From: Prochloron sp. SulCav_FS08_3_32_3330
GTDB lineage: Bacteria > Cyanobacteriota > Cyanobacteriia > Cyanobacteriales > DYNF01
DNA length: 64,000 bases
Reading direction: 5' to 3'
Assembly: GCA_020721205.1 (NCBI GenBank)
Contig: DYNF01000007.1
Span: forward strand, 1,241-65,240
A model generated the notes under the pieces. That model made no database searches. It was not told where the DNA came from and worked only from the letters and a program-made list of their open reading frames with translations. The position numbers were made by a program, and so were the translations under genes. This document shows, one piece after another, positions 39,524-48,386 of this stretch (position 1 is its first letter; every line of letters begins with the position of its first letter).

Positions 39524-39685
39524 TGTTAAATTATGTTAAAAGATCACCAGAAATGAGAATAATTATAATTTTTATTATGACCATAATTCTAGCTTAATTA
39601 ATAAACATATTACCACCGATATAACCGAACTTTTTGATTCGCAATTTCCGGTCTAAATTAATCAAAATCCTCGATTTTTAACTAA

Positions 39686-42124
39686 TTATTTAATCTCTTT
39701 AAAACCTGTTAAAACGCCATAAATAGCCCAGATTGCCATAGCCCTTAAATAATGACTGGCACGGAATGTACCCCTAGGGGTAATAGCTTCAGGAGTGCGA
39801 AACTGTAAACCATTTTCATAAATTTGTTTTACCACTGTTTCAGCTATTTTTAAACCTTCTTCTTTCATCTCATTTTTAATCATAAAGGCGGCTAAACCAA
39901 AATTAATTCCGATCCATACTTCTAAGGGATGAGTCGCATCTGGTTTCTCCGGTGATCCGTCAATTTTAACTCCATTTGCCACTCCATATTTTCCATTATG
40001 AAACTTTAAGAAACAAGCTGAATAAATGGTTTTTAAAGTGGTTTCTACATACTCTTTTTCCACCACATTTGGTAAGTTTAATAATTGGGCATAAAACTCT
40101 CCACTAAGTTGATCTGCCATTACTACATCCGATTTACTTTCACTATCTAAATTATAATAATTCCCATTCCATAAAGTATCATGATAAATTGATCTAGCTT
40201 GTTGTAACCAAGCTTGATAACTTGTTATTTTATCCTTAATATCTTCGGGATCAAAATCATCTATTCTTTCAGGATAAAAACTAGGATTTTCGATTAAAAT
40301 TTCCCCAATTTTAATCGCCGCTTCTAAGGCAGAAATCCATAAACCGCCACAATAGGCACTAATACCTTCTAAACGCCAATCATCAAAAGTTTGATCCGGC
40401 GCCCCTGAATTTTCGGGAATGCCATCTTCATCTTGATCAAAGGTTTTTAAATAGGTTAAAGTTTCTGTAATTCCATCCCAACAATCCCATAAAAATTCTG
40501 TGTCTTTTGCTCCTGTTAAAACATAATCCCGATATACTTGCAAAACAAAATCACAGGGTAAATCCTTCCATTGGTTACAATCCTGATAAGAGGTATAATT
40601 TGTTTTTTCCCAAGGATGTTCATTCGGCGCTCCTAAATCGTGGGGAGTAGCCCCGATCCTTTTTCTGACTGCCATAGTCAGGTTATAACCGATTAAACGA
40701 GGGGTATTATTTCCCTCAGAAATCGCCCTCGCAAATGCCTGTAATACTGATTTATCTAATTTAGACCAACCCATTAATAAGCCAAATGATCCGTACAACC
40801 TCACATCCAAACTCTCATACCACCGATAATCAAGACATTCTAACACTCCAAATTGTCCGATAGGATCATCTTCTGAGGCTGATGTCCATAATGTACCACC
40901 ATCTGCTAATAAATAAAGTTCGTTAAACAGAGCCATTTTCAGCCATGAAGGGAGATCCGCCCTTCCCAAAATCGGTTTTTGCCATGCCTCTATTTTTTCT
41001 TTCCACAGATCCCCATGTTTTAAAGCGGTGCGCACGATCGTCCAAGCATTTTTACCACTACGTCCAAAAAAGTCAGTATAACGACGATAATAGTTAACAT
41101 TCTGAGCAAATTCTGTAATCGGAAAATCCCAAGCTAAAATAAAAGGAATTTTACGAGTTTTACCCGGAGGAATAGTGAATCTAATCGCCATAGCCGTGGC
41201 AATTTGTTCCCCGGGTTCAGAGGGAGTTTCATCCTCATAATCTCTTAAACTACCATTGTGAGCAAAATCATCCCAGAGATCACTTCCGTCTCCTGTGGCA
41301 TCCCAACGAGTCTGATAAAAAACTTCCATAAATGGGCTAGTTACACTGGCGATCGCAAATTGTCCTTCACTCTCTCTAATTTCATCATAAAGACGCACCC
41401 GATCCATCAAACAGCCCACTCGATGATAATCTTTAATCCATTGGTTATAATTCCCCGTACTATTACCCAACCGAGGTTGATACTCATAAACAGGACTACC
41501 ATCATCCCTCATTGTAATTTCTGAGCTTTTCGCCCCATTAGTAAACCAGCCTACCATATTTTGCCATGTGAGCATAATACTAACAGTAATCGGTTTATCC
41601 GTAGGATTATGAGCAGTCCACTCAAATAATGCGACGGGATAACTACTTTCTTGATAATTTTCAGCCCAAATGGGGGAGAATTGCTCACAAATTAATTTTG
41701 AGTGAAAAACGCCCTCATATTCATACCAACTCATAGGATAAAGAGCGCTATAAGTACCTTTTTCCTTGGGATACCATGCCCAACGGGAAAGACTACCATC
41801 CTTCGGCGCTTGGGTAGCCATAGCATAAACTTGGGGCGTTTCTCCTTCCTTATGCTCAAAAACGCTAAACTGACAAGCTGGAATCGAGCGAAAAATATGT
41901 TCTCCGCCGTCTATATGCCATAAATTAAAATCCCCAGAAGTTGAGCGCCCGATCGCCCCGGCACCAAAACCACCGAGGGGCATTCCGTGATCAGCACCAT
42001 CATCTAAATTACTTTGAGTTCTAACTGTGTAGGGGTTTTCCCACTGTTTACCAATGGGATGAGACCAAGCGATTTCGGGAATTGTGGGTAATGAGATTTG
42101 TAGTTTCATGGAAAAATTAGACAA
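39686..42124 (-). CDS. GH116-family beta-glucosidase (GBA2-type glucosylceramidase-like)
   Basis: 812 aa; N-terminal 'PLGGFGAGAIGRSTSGDFNLWHI', characteristic of the GBA2-type domain, and a large (alpha/alpha)6-type C-terminal region. Confidence 0.75.
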   Translation of the reverse strand: MSNFSMKLQISLPTIPEIAWSHPIGKQWENPYTVRTQSNLDDGADHGMPLGGFGAGAIGRSTSGDFNLWHIDGGEHIFRSIPACQFSVFEHKEGETPQVYAMATQAPKDGSLSRWAWYPKEKGTYSALYPMSWYEYEGVFHSKLICEQFSPIWAENYQESSYPVALFEWTAHNPTDKPITVSIMLTWQNMVGWFTNGAKSSEITMRDDGSPVYEYQPRLGNSTGNYNQWIKDYHRVGCLMDRVRLYDEIRESEGQFAIASVTSPFMEVFYQTRWDATGDGSDLWDDFAHNGSLRDYEDETPSEPGEQIATAMAIRFTIPPGKTRKIPFILAWDFPITEFAQNVNYYRRYTDFFGRSGKNAWTIVRTALKHGDLWKEKIEAWQKPILGRADLPSWLKMALFNELYLLADGGTLWTSASEDDPIGQFGVLECLDYRWYESLDVRLYGSFGLLMGWSKLDKSVLQAFARAISEGNNTPRLIGYNLTMAVRKRIGATPHDLGAPNEHPWEKTNYTSYQDCNQWKDLPCDFVLQVYRDYVLTGAKDTEFLWDCWDGITETLTYLKTFDQDEDGIPENSGAPDQTFDDWRLEGISAYCGGLWISALEAAIKIGEILIENPSFYPERIDDFDPEDIKDKITSYQAWLQQARSIYHDTLWNGNYYNLDSESKSDVVMADQLSGEFYAQLLNLPNVVEKEYVETTLKTIYSACFLKFHNGKYGVANGVKIDGSPEKPDATHPLEVWIGINFGLAAFMIKNEMKEEGLKIAETVVKQIYENGLQFRTPEAITPRGTFRASHYLRAMAIWAIYGVLTGFKEIK

Positions 42125-42251
42125 GTTTATGATATTTTACCTAATAAAAATTAAAATAACACAAATTTGCCCTGAATCCCGCATTTCTCACAAAAAGAGT
42201 GAATTGGGTAGAGTTATAAAGCGATCGCAGTGATCGCCCTTTTAATTATCA

Positions 42252-42453
42252 ACGGAGTTAATCGCTGATTTACGGGATGAGCCTGTGCCTACCACATCAC
42301 CGACATAAGCCACAGGATAGCCATTTTCTTTCAATTTAGCGATGGTTTCTAAGCCTTCGGGCATTTTTGATTCTAACATCGCTAAAGCGTGTAAGGGAAT
42401 GTCCGGGCGTGTGGTAGCGTGGGGTGCTGGAGATAAATCATCGGTATTGGTTT
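42252..42453 (-). pseudogene. Internal fragment of acnB (direct repeat of 50245-50446)
   Basis: 202 bp aligning colinearly with intact acnB, with 11 mismatches and no gaps by hand alignment. No flanking acnB sequence on either side. Confidence 0.85.
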
Positions 42454-42546
42454 TTTAAACTGATTTTAGGTTATGATAATTTTGAGCAAATTTTAGGCTA
42501 TGATAAAATCATCTTTACCAATCAAGATTATATGGAGGTAGGTATT

Positions 42547-42843
42547 ATGTTAGCAACTGAAAATAAACAAAAATCAATCCTTAAGAGAATTGAGCAAGTT
42601 GTATCTGTCATTATGGAAGAAAATCCTTTATTTAAAGAGGATCTGAATTATTCAGAAATGGTAAAACTTTTAGTTAATCTTGCTCAAGAAAATTTGACTT
42701 TTGAAGATTTTAACAGTATGCCAGATACAGAATTAAAAAAACATTGTGATGGCGTAATGGCAATAGAGATATTGTCAAAAATTGGTCGAGATTTTACTCC
42801 TGAACAAATGGTAATTTTTGAAGATGCAATTAAACGTAAATAG
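42547..42843 (+). CDS. Putative antitoxin of the adjacent VapC
   Basis: The track ORF 42424-42843 starts inside the acnB fragment. A GGAGG box precedes the ATG at 42547 (MLATENKQ...). The stop lies 7 nt before the vapC start. Family not recognised. Confidence 0.4.
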   Translation: MLATENKQKSILKRIEQVVSVIMEENPLFKEDLNYSEMVKLLVNLAQENLTFEDFNSMPDTELKKHCDGVMAIEILSKIGRDFTPEQMVIFEDAIKRK

Positions 42844-42850
42844 AAGATTT

Positions 42851-43255
42851 ATGAGTTATTTATTAGATACTAATATTGTCTCTTTAGCTGTTAGAGATAA
42901 TTTAAAAATCAAAGCTAAACTACAATCAATTGAATTTCGAGGTATAGATATTTATATTAGCTGTATTACTTATTTTGAAATTAGACGAGGTTTTTTAGCT
43001 GTTGATGCTCCTAAACAAAGGGAAAGATTTGAGGATTTTTGTCAAAAATATCCGATTCTTTTCTTAGATGATTTGGCAATATTAGAAAAAGCCGCCGAAA
43101 TTCATGCTAATCTGAGATTAAGGGGTTTACCTATTCAAACTGAAGATATTTTAATTGCGGCTACTGCTATGATTAAAGATTTAATTGTGGTTTCTAATGA
43201 TACTGATTTAGCTAGAGTTGAAGGTTTAAGTTTAGAGAATTGGGTAGAATTGTAA
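42851..43255 (+). CDS. vapC: PIN-domain toxin VapC
   Basis: 'MSYLLDTNIVS' with the first PIN Asp; later 'TEDILIAATA' and 'VVSNDTDL' acidic motifs. Confidence 0.8.
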   Translation: MSYLLDTNIVSLAVRDNLKIKAKLQSIEFRGIDIYISCITYFEIRRGFLAVDAPKQRERFEDFCQKYPILFLDDLAILEKAAEIHANLRLRGLPIQTEDILIAATAMIKDLIVVSNDTDLARVEGLSLENWVEL

Positions 43256-43350
43256 GATTTGTAAATATCTTAATTAATTGATTGATTGATCATTCTTATT
43301 CTAGGTTATAATTATGATTATCTTTAAAATAAATCAGGAGGTTAAATTGA

Positions 43351-43701
43351 TTGTTGTTTGATAAGTTGACTTCACCTAGTTATTTTGAAATTCCTTTAGC
43401 TAAAGCTCAATATCTTTTTAGTCGTGGTAATGGTCAAGGTGGAGATAAACAAAAATTTTGGCGAGAAATTATGGGTTTTACTTCTCCAGAAGCCATTAAA
43501 GAAGCTATTTTAAAAGAGGTAAGTCTCGATTTATTAGAACCCCAAAATCAAAATGAATTTGGACAATTATATCGGGCTTATATTAATATTACTGGTGAAT
43601 CTGGTTTAACTCGAAGAATTAGAACGGTTTGGATTGTTTTATTTTATGATAATGTCGCTAAATTGGTGACAGCATTTCCTGATAGATTAGGAGGTTTATA
43701 A
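43351..43701 (+). CDS. DUF6883-like protein
   Basis: 116 aa (TTG start); 'KAQYLFS...GGDKQKFW...GFTSPEA...RTVWIV...LVTAFP' follows the DUF6883 pattern as I recall it. Confidence 0.45.
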   Translation: MLFDKLTSPSYFEIPLAKAQYLFSRGNGQGGDKQKFWREIMGFTSPEAIKEAILKEVSLDLLEPQNQNEFGQLYRAYINITGESGLTRRIRTVWIVLFYDNVAKLVTAFPDRLGGL

Positions 43702-44099
43702 TGACTCGATTTCAATTATTTGATAATGTTAAATTAACTGAAAATATCCCTTTAAATGATGGCGGAATTGCACATCAAGAAACTAGAGGAACAATTGTTG
43801 AAGTTTTTAATAATGGTGAAGCTTATTTAGTTGAATTATTTGGTGATTGGATTAAATATGATGCTGAGGGAAATTTTATCACAGCAAATAAAGATGAAAA
43901 AGATGCTTTTATGCAAACTTTAGGAGTAGAAACGGTTTATGATCATCAAATGGTTTTAACAGTTTCAGCAAGAGAAATTATGGGAGTTAAAGAACATTTA
44001 AACGCTTTATTAGAAACTTTACCTGATAATTTGGTTTTACAAGTTAGAGATTTTGCTGAATTTTTACAACAAAGACAACAATTAACTGTTAAAAATTAA
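43701..44099 (+). CDS. DUF4926-like protein
   Basis: 132 aa; the start overlaps the upstream stop (ATAATG). N-terminal 'FQLFDNVKLTENIPLNDGGIAHQETRGTIVEVFNNGEAYLVELF' fits the DUF4926 SH3-like pattern. Confidence 0.55.
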   Translation: MTRFQLFDNVKLTENIPLNDGGIAHQETRGTIVEVFNNGEAYLVELFGDWIKYDAEGNFITANKDEKDAFMQTLGVETVYDHQMVLTVSAREIMGVKEHLNALLETLPDNLVLQVRDFAEFLQQRQQLTVKN

Positions 44100-44194
44100 A
44101 TCATCATGGTTATATTAATTTAGAGGATAAAAATGAATTTATCAAACCAGCTTTTAGTGATTTAAAGGTGTTAGTTTAATTTTCATTAAGTTTT

Positions 44195-45067
44195 TTATAA
44201 TATTAAATAACCCCTATCTAATCCTTGTTCTAATCCTTTTTCCCAATCAGATGTTAAATGTTTTCTAACTATTTCAAATAAATGAATAACAACATCATCA
44301 TAAATTGGATTCTTAACATAACTTTCAAGATAACGAAATTCTCGATCTGTATTTTTCTGTTTTCTTAATATATAAATTTGATCAACTTTGAATTTTTGTA
44401 AATTGATTGAACTGGTTAATTTAAGCCATTCAGCAACAATAATATAAATAGCATTAGGATTGCGTAACTTTAACTGTTCTGCTGCGGTCGAAGCACCCTC
44501 TAACATGGTTTTATCTAAATAGGTTTTACATTCAATTACCACTGCTGGTAGTTGAAACTGATAAGTTTCAATTTCTTCACTACCAATACAATTAAAATCG
44601 GCTTTAATATCTGTACCAATAACAAAATCATGATCCTTTGTTTCTAATCTTACGTTAGGTTTTGTTACCATTTCTTGATAAGAACTAGGACGGAAAAATA
44701 TATCTTTAAATGTGTTTGCTTTTCCTAATAAAGCAGATTGAGATATATCATAAACTAAATCTCTAAATAAGTAAAAAATAAATTCTTCTAACACTGAAGA
44801 ATGCAAATTTGAACGAGAATCAAATTTTTCAGCATATTTTTGTTGATCTAAAAAATTTTTATAGATATTAAGTAATTTAACTCTACGTTTGATAATTTTA
44901 GTATCCTGATCTGTTGATTGTGCAAAAGCTCCTCTTAATTTCTCATTAATTCTTCTCCATTGATCATATTGTATACGAATTTCTTGAAGAAATTGCCGAG
45001 ATTCAGGATCAGTATATTTAGTTTTGTGTAATTCTTTTTGTCTTAAATTATCACCATGAACATACAT
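44195..45067 (-). CDS. Type II restriction endonuclease (specificity unknown)
   Basis: 290-aa ORF 12 bp downstream of the m5C methyltransferase gene on the same strand. PD-(D/E)XK-like 'DFVIGTD ... VVIECK'. Confidence 0.55.
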   Translation of the reverse strand: MYVHGDNLRQKELHKTKYTDPESRQFLQEIRIQYDQWRRINEKLRGAFAQSTDQDTKIIKRRVKLLNIYKNFLDQQKYAEKFDSRSNLHSSVLEEFIFYLFRDLVYDISQSALLGKANTFKDIFFRPSSYQEMVTKPNVRLETKDHDFVIGTDIKADFNCIGSEEIETYQFQLPAVVIECKTYLDKTMLEGASTAAEQLKLRNPNAIYIIVAEWLKLTSSINLQKFKVDQIYILRKQKNTDREFRYLESYVKNPIYDDVVIHLFEIVRKHLTSDWEKGLEQGLDRGYLIL

Positions 45068-45079
45068 AATTAATACCTC

Positions 45080-46279
45080 TTAAATTGATATTTGTTGTAA
45101 TAAATTTTCAGCGATCGCTTTAGCTAATAAAGGAGGAACAGCATTACCAATTTGATTATATTGACATAGGTGTTTTTCATCAAATCTTCCTTCTCTTTGT
45201 AATAATTTTTGACTAACTACTGTGGGTTTACCTTTAAAAATATACCAATCTGGAAAAGATTGGATTCTAGCACCTTCTCTAGCGGTAAAATTTCTATGTT
45301 GATAGGGATGAACAAAGTTAGCATAAAAGGAAGCAGGTATAGTATGACATGGTTTATCGGGGTGCATTCTCCTACTATTTTGATCATAAATTTTATCGGA
45401 AATTATTCCTTGATTATTTCTTTTAAATGGTTTTAAATGTTGGGGAATATTGGCTAAAGAATCACCATGAGACATTAAAGAAAAACGCTCTACTGTACGT
45501 TTAGAATGTTTCATAGCCACATGATTATAAACCGTTGGCGAACCTAAACGCATTTGTATTTGATATTCGTGATCAGAAGGTTTTGTGTAATCCATTTCTT
45601 CTGCTCCTTCTCTAGCAGAAATTTCGGGTAAATCTGCGATCGCTTCCCATAATGTAGGACATTTTTTCAACATAGTTTTAAAAATTGGTAATACTTCTGA
45701 ATCAAGATAATGGGTAGGTTGAGGAAATGGTTGTTTCAAGGGATGAATTGAACCAATAATAAATAGTCTTTTTCTAATTTGAGGAATGCCATAATCTGTT
45801 GCTTCTAAAATATCGTAATATACATAATAGCCTAATTCTTGTAAATTTTGACAAATCAGATAAATAATTAATTGATTATCGTGATTTTTAGCTTTTAATA
45901 AGTTAGGTACATTTTCAATAATTAAATATTCGGGTTTAAATAATTTAATAATTCTAATAAATTGAAAAAATAAAGAATTACGATGATCATTTGGATCACC
46001 TGCATTTTTATTACAAATTGAAAAACCTTGACAGGGAAGACCACCTAAAATAATATTAGGTGATTGATGATTAAATGTTTCTATTAAATTATCATCAGTA
46101 ATATTTTCTATTTTATCAGTAATTACTGTTGCCATTGTATGATTATAAACAAAAGTTTCTGATGCCCACTTGTCTTGTTCAATAGCACCAATAATATCAC
46201 ATCCTGCTAGTTTAAAGCCTAAACTAAAGCCTCCTGCTCCGGCAAATATATCTAAAACTTTAAGGTTGTTATTGGTCAT
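45080..46279 (-). CDS. DNA (cytosine-5)-methyltransferase
   Basis: 399 aa; motif I 'DIFAGAGGFSLGF', IV 'GGLPCQGFS', VI 'ENVPNL', VIII 'QIRKRLFIIG', X 'GNAVPPLL'. Confidence 0.92.
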   Translation of the reverse strand: MTNNNLKVLDIFAGAGGFSLGFKLAGCDIIGAIEQDKWASETFVYNHTMATVITDKIENITDDNLIETFNHQSPNIILGGLPCQGFSICNKNAGDPNDHRNSLFFQFIRIIKLFKPEYLIIENVPNLLKAKNHDNQLIIYLICQNLQELGYYVYYDILEATDYGIPQIRKRLFIIGSIHPLKQPFPQPTHYLDSEVLPIFKTMLKKCPTLWEAIADLPEISAREGAEEMDYTKPSDHEYQIQMRLGSPTVYNHVAMKHSKRTVERFSLMSHGDSLANIPQHLKPFKRNNQGIISDKIYDQNSRRMHPDKPCHTIPASFYANFVHPYQHRNFTAREGARIQSFPDWYIFKGKPTVVSQKLLQREGRFDEKHLCQYNQIGNAVPPLLAKAIAENLLQQISI

Positions 46280-46354
46280 TATTTATCAATTAATATAGGG
46301 TTAATTTTTAGATGTTTACTGTTTAATAATATTATTATAAGGCAAAAATGAATA

Positions 46355-46790
46355 TATTTAGCAGCGATCGCACCCCAATCTCCCCTACAAAGCGATCGCA
46401 CCTTAAACTCCCCTAAAAAGCGATCGCACCCCAAACTCCCCCACAAAGCGATCGCACCCCAAACTTCCCCAAAGAGCGATCGCACCTTAAACTCCCCTAC
46501 AAAGCGATCGCACCTCAAACTCCCCAAAGAGCGATCGCACCCCAAACTTCCCCAAAGAGCGATCGCACCCCAAACTTCCCCAAAGAGCGATCGCACCCCA
46601 AACTTCCCCAAAGAGCGATCGCACCTCAAACTCCCCTAAAAAGCGATCGCATATCTAACTCCCCTCAAAAAGCGATCGCACCTCAAACTCCCCTAAAAAG
46701 CGATCGCACCACCAACTCCAACAACAAGCGATCGCATCCCAAACTCCCCTAACAAGCGATCACATCTCAATCTCTCCTTACAGGAGATAA
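46355..46790 (-). repeat. 28-bp HIP1-containing minisatellite, 15 units
   Basis: GCGATCGC at 46364, 46392, 46420, 46448, 46476, 46504, 46531, 46559, 46587, 46615, 46643, 46672, 46700 and 46728, plus a degenerate gcgatcac at 46756. Unit approximately AAAGCGATCGCACCYCAAACTYCCCYAA. No unique spacers. Confidence 0.95.
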
Positions 46791-46864
46791 ATTTATTAAA
46801 TGGTGTACTCAAGATTGCTCAAATTCAATAACGTAGACAAGAATTATAGCGTTTGCAATCTATT

Positions 46865-47887
46865 TTAGTAGAATAGCAAAGGTTTAATTCTTCTTTTTCG
46901 TTCATATAATTCTGTAATAAGCAATTCTTTATTATAATGAAATTGTCTAAGATATTCAATAAATAAATCAATAGTTGTTTCATATATAGTACCACCATTA
47001 AAATGAACATGAAAATCATCATGAATTTTATAAGTGATTGTAATTAAATTATCAATATTAGCAGCAAGATAAGGATAGTGAGATTCATCATATAAGTGAT
47101 GAACTCTTAAATTGACCTGATAACGATTATATTGATTTTTTTGAATACCAGTAACTTGACAAGTATTATTATCTCTTTTAAGAGCTTTTTCCTTCATATA
47201 ATTGATCAGATTTCTATCTGGTTGATGAGGGAGTGATTTAGTTCTTTGTTCTAAAATAGGAAGACCTATATTTAAAAATTCACTATAATAATTTTTTTGC
47301 TCTGGTATTGTTTTTGATAATTCTTGACTAAATTTAGCTAAACCAGAAAATGAATAATATCTTTGTGTTTCAATAGTACAAAAATCTTCATCAATAATTA
47401 AGCTATCTGGAGGACGAAACCTTCTTAATTTAAGAAAAAGTTGATCAAGCTGTTCTGATGTTGTTTGCAATATATTGATTGTATCAATTTTACTTAAAAA
47501 ATGACGATTATTTACTTTTGTCAGAGAAGTACAGTTTTGATTAATGACTTCTGTTACTTTATATCTTAATAATTGTTGTTCTTTTTTTGTTATTAATTGA
47601 TTAATAAAATTTTTATTTTTATCGCCAATCAGAGCTACAAAATCTTGAATTTCGGAATCAGAAATTAGACCTCTAGTATCAAGATAATTAGCGATGATAA
47701 AAGCACCTTGTTTTGAAAACAATTTTTCTTGATATGTCTTGTTACAAATTCTAAAATGATCATTTTCAGTCAATTTATTATTTGAAATAAGTTGTTTTAT
47801 TATTGCAGTTAATTGATCTCTTTGTATATATAGAGATTTTGCAATTTCTTCTTCATCAAATAAAAAAGTTGTATTATCAATATACAT
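46865..47887 (-). CDS. HNH-endonuclease-domain protein with unassigned N-terminal region
   Basis: 340 aa; C-terminal 'CQVTGIQ...LRVHHLYDESHYPYLAANIDNLITITYKIHDDFH' HNH motif. GGAGG lies 11 nt upstream of the ATG, inside the end of the J-domain gene. Confidence 0.7.
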   Translation of the reverse strand: MYIDNTTFLFDEEEIAKSLYIQRDQLTAIIKQLISNNKLTENDHFRICNKTYQEKLFSKQGAFIIANYLDTRGLISDSEIQDFVALIGDKNKNFINQLITKKEQQLLRYKVTEVINQNCTSLTKVNNRHFLSKIDTINILQTTSEQLDQLFLKLRRFRPPDSLIIDEDFCTIETQRYYSFSGLAKFSQELSKTIPEQKNYYSEFLNIGLPILEQRTKSLPHQPDRNLINYMKEKALKRDNNTCQVTGIQKNQYNRYQVNLRVHHLYDESHYPYLAANIDNLITITYKIHDDFHVHFNGGTIYETTIDLFIEYLRQFHYNKELLITELYERKRRIKPLLFY

Positions 47888-47893
47888 TATTGA

Positions 47894-48310
47894 TTAAGCC
47901 TCCGCAGTAATAGTTCTATACATTTGATTGATTCTATTAAAAATTTTAGAATCACCAGTTTCTATGACATCAGGATGGTAAATTTTGCTTAATCTATAGT
48001 AAGCTGTCTTTATGTCTTGATCCGTAGCAGTATCAGGATTTAATTCAAATACTGTCCAAGGATCAAAATAATCAAATATATTAATTCCATTAATACAACC
48101 ATAACCATTCTGATTTTCTTCAGAAGGAAGAACACCTACAAATTTACGATATAATAGTTCCCACGTTTTTTTATATCGAAAATCTAATTTGTCCATGCCA
48201 TCAATTGAAAGTTTAAATAAACCAGATTTCTTTAATTCTGATGTATTTTTAACATTGAATTTAATATAAACTTTTTCTTTTAGTTTTTTAATTGTTAAAG
48301 TTGATCTCAT
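47894..48310 (-). CDS. Small J-domain (DnaJ-like) protein
   Basis: C-terminal 'DQDIKTAYYRLSKIYHPDVIETGDSKIFNRINQMYRTI' with the HPD tripeptide. Likely start is Met33 of the track ORF (48310), because the longer ORF overlaps the acnB 3' end. The N-terminal ~85 aa are unassigned. Confidence 0.75.
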   Translation of the reverse strand: MRSTLTIKKLKEKVYIKFNVKNTSELKKSGLFKLSIDGMDKLDFRYKKTWELLYRKFVGVLPSEENQNGYGCINGINIFDYFDPWTVFELNPDTATDQDIKTAYYRLSKIYHPDVIETGDSKIFNRINQMYRTITAEA

Positions 48311-48386
48311 TTCATACTCAATACTATGTAAAAGATTACTTATTATAAGGTGAGTCCTAAAATTAAGACCCACCCTAAAAATTATA

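Noticed and set aside
42424-42546. N-terminal extension of the 139-aa ORF ([20 protein letters not shown]...)
   Set aside because: This part is the antisense translation of the acnB fragment; the same 'INHRYWF' peptide appears in antisense ORF 50270-50461. A GGAGG-preceded ATG at 42547 is the plausible start.
46279-46629. 116-aa ORF (MRCDRSLGKFGVRSLFGEVWGAIALWG...)
   Set aside because: It is a read-through of the 28-bp HIP1 minisatellite. Its periodic peptide simply mirrors the DNA repeat, so it is not a credible gene.
46355-46790. Possible CRISPR array (also considered for 13835-13980 and 52630-52772)
   Set aside because: The period is only 28 bp and the whole unit is conserved, so there are no unique spacers. 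No cas genes are in the window.
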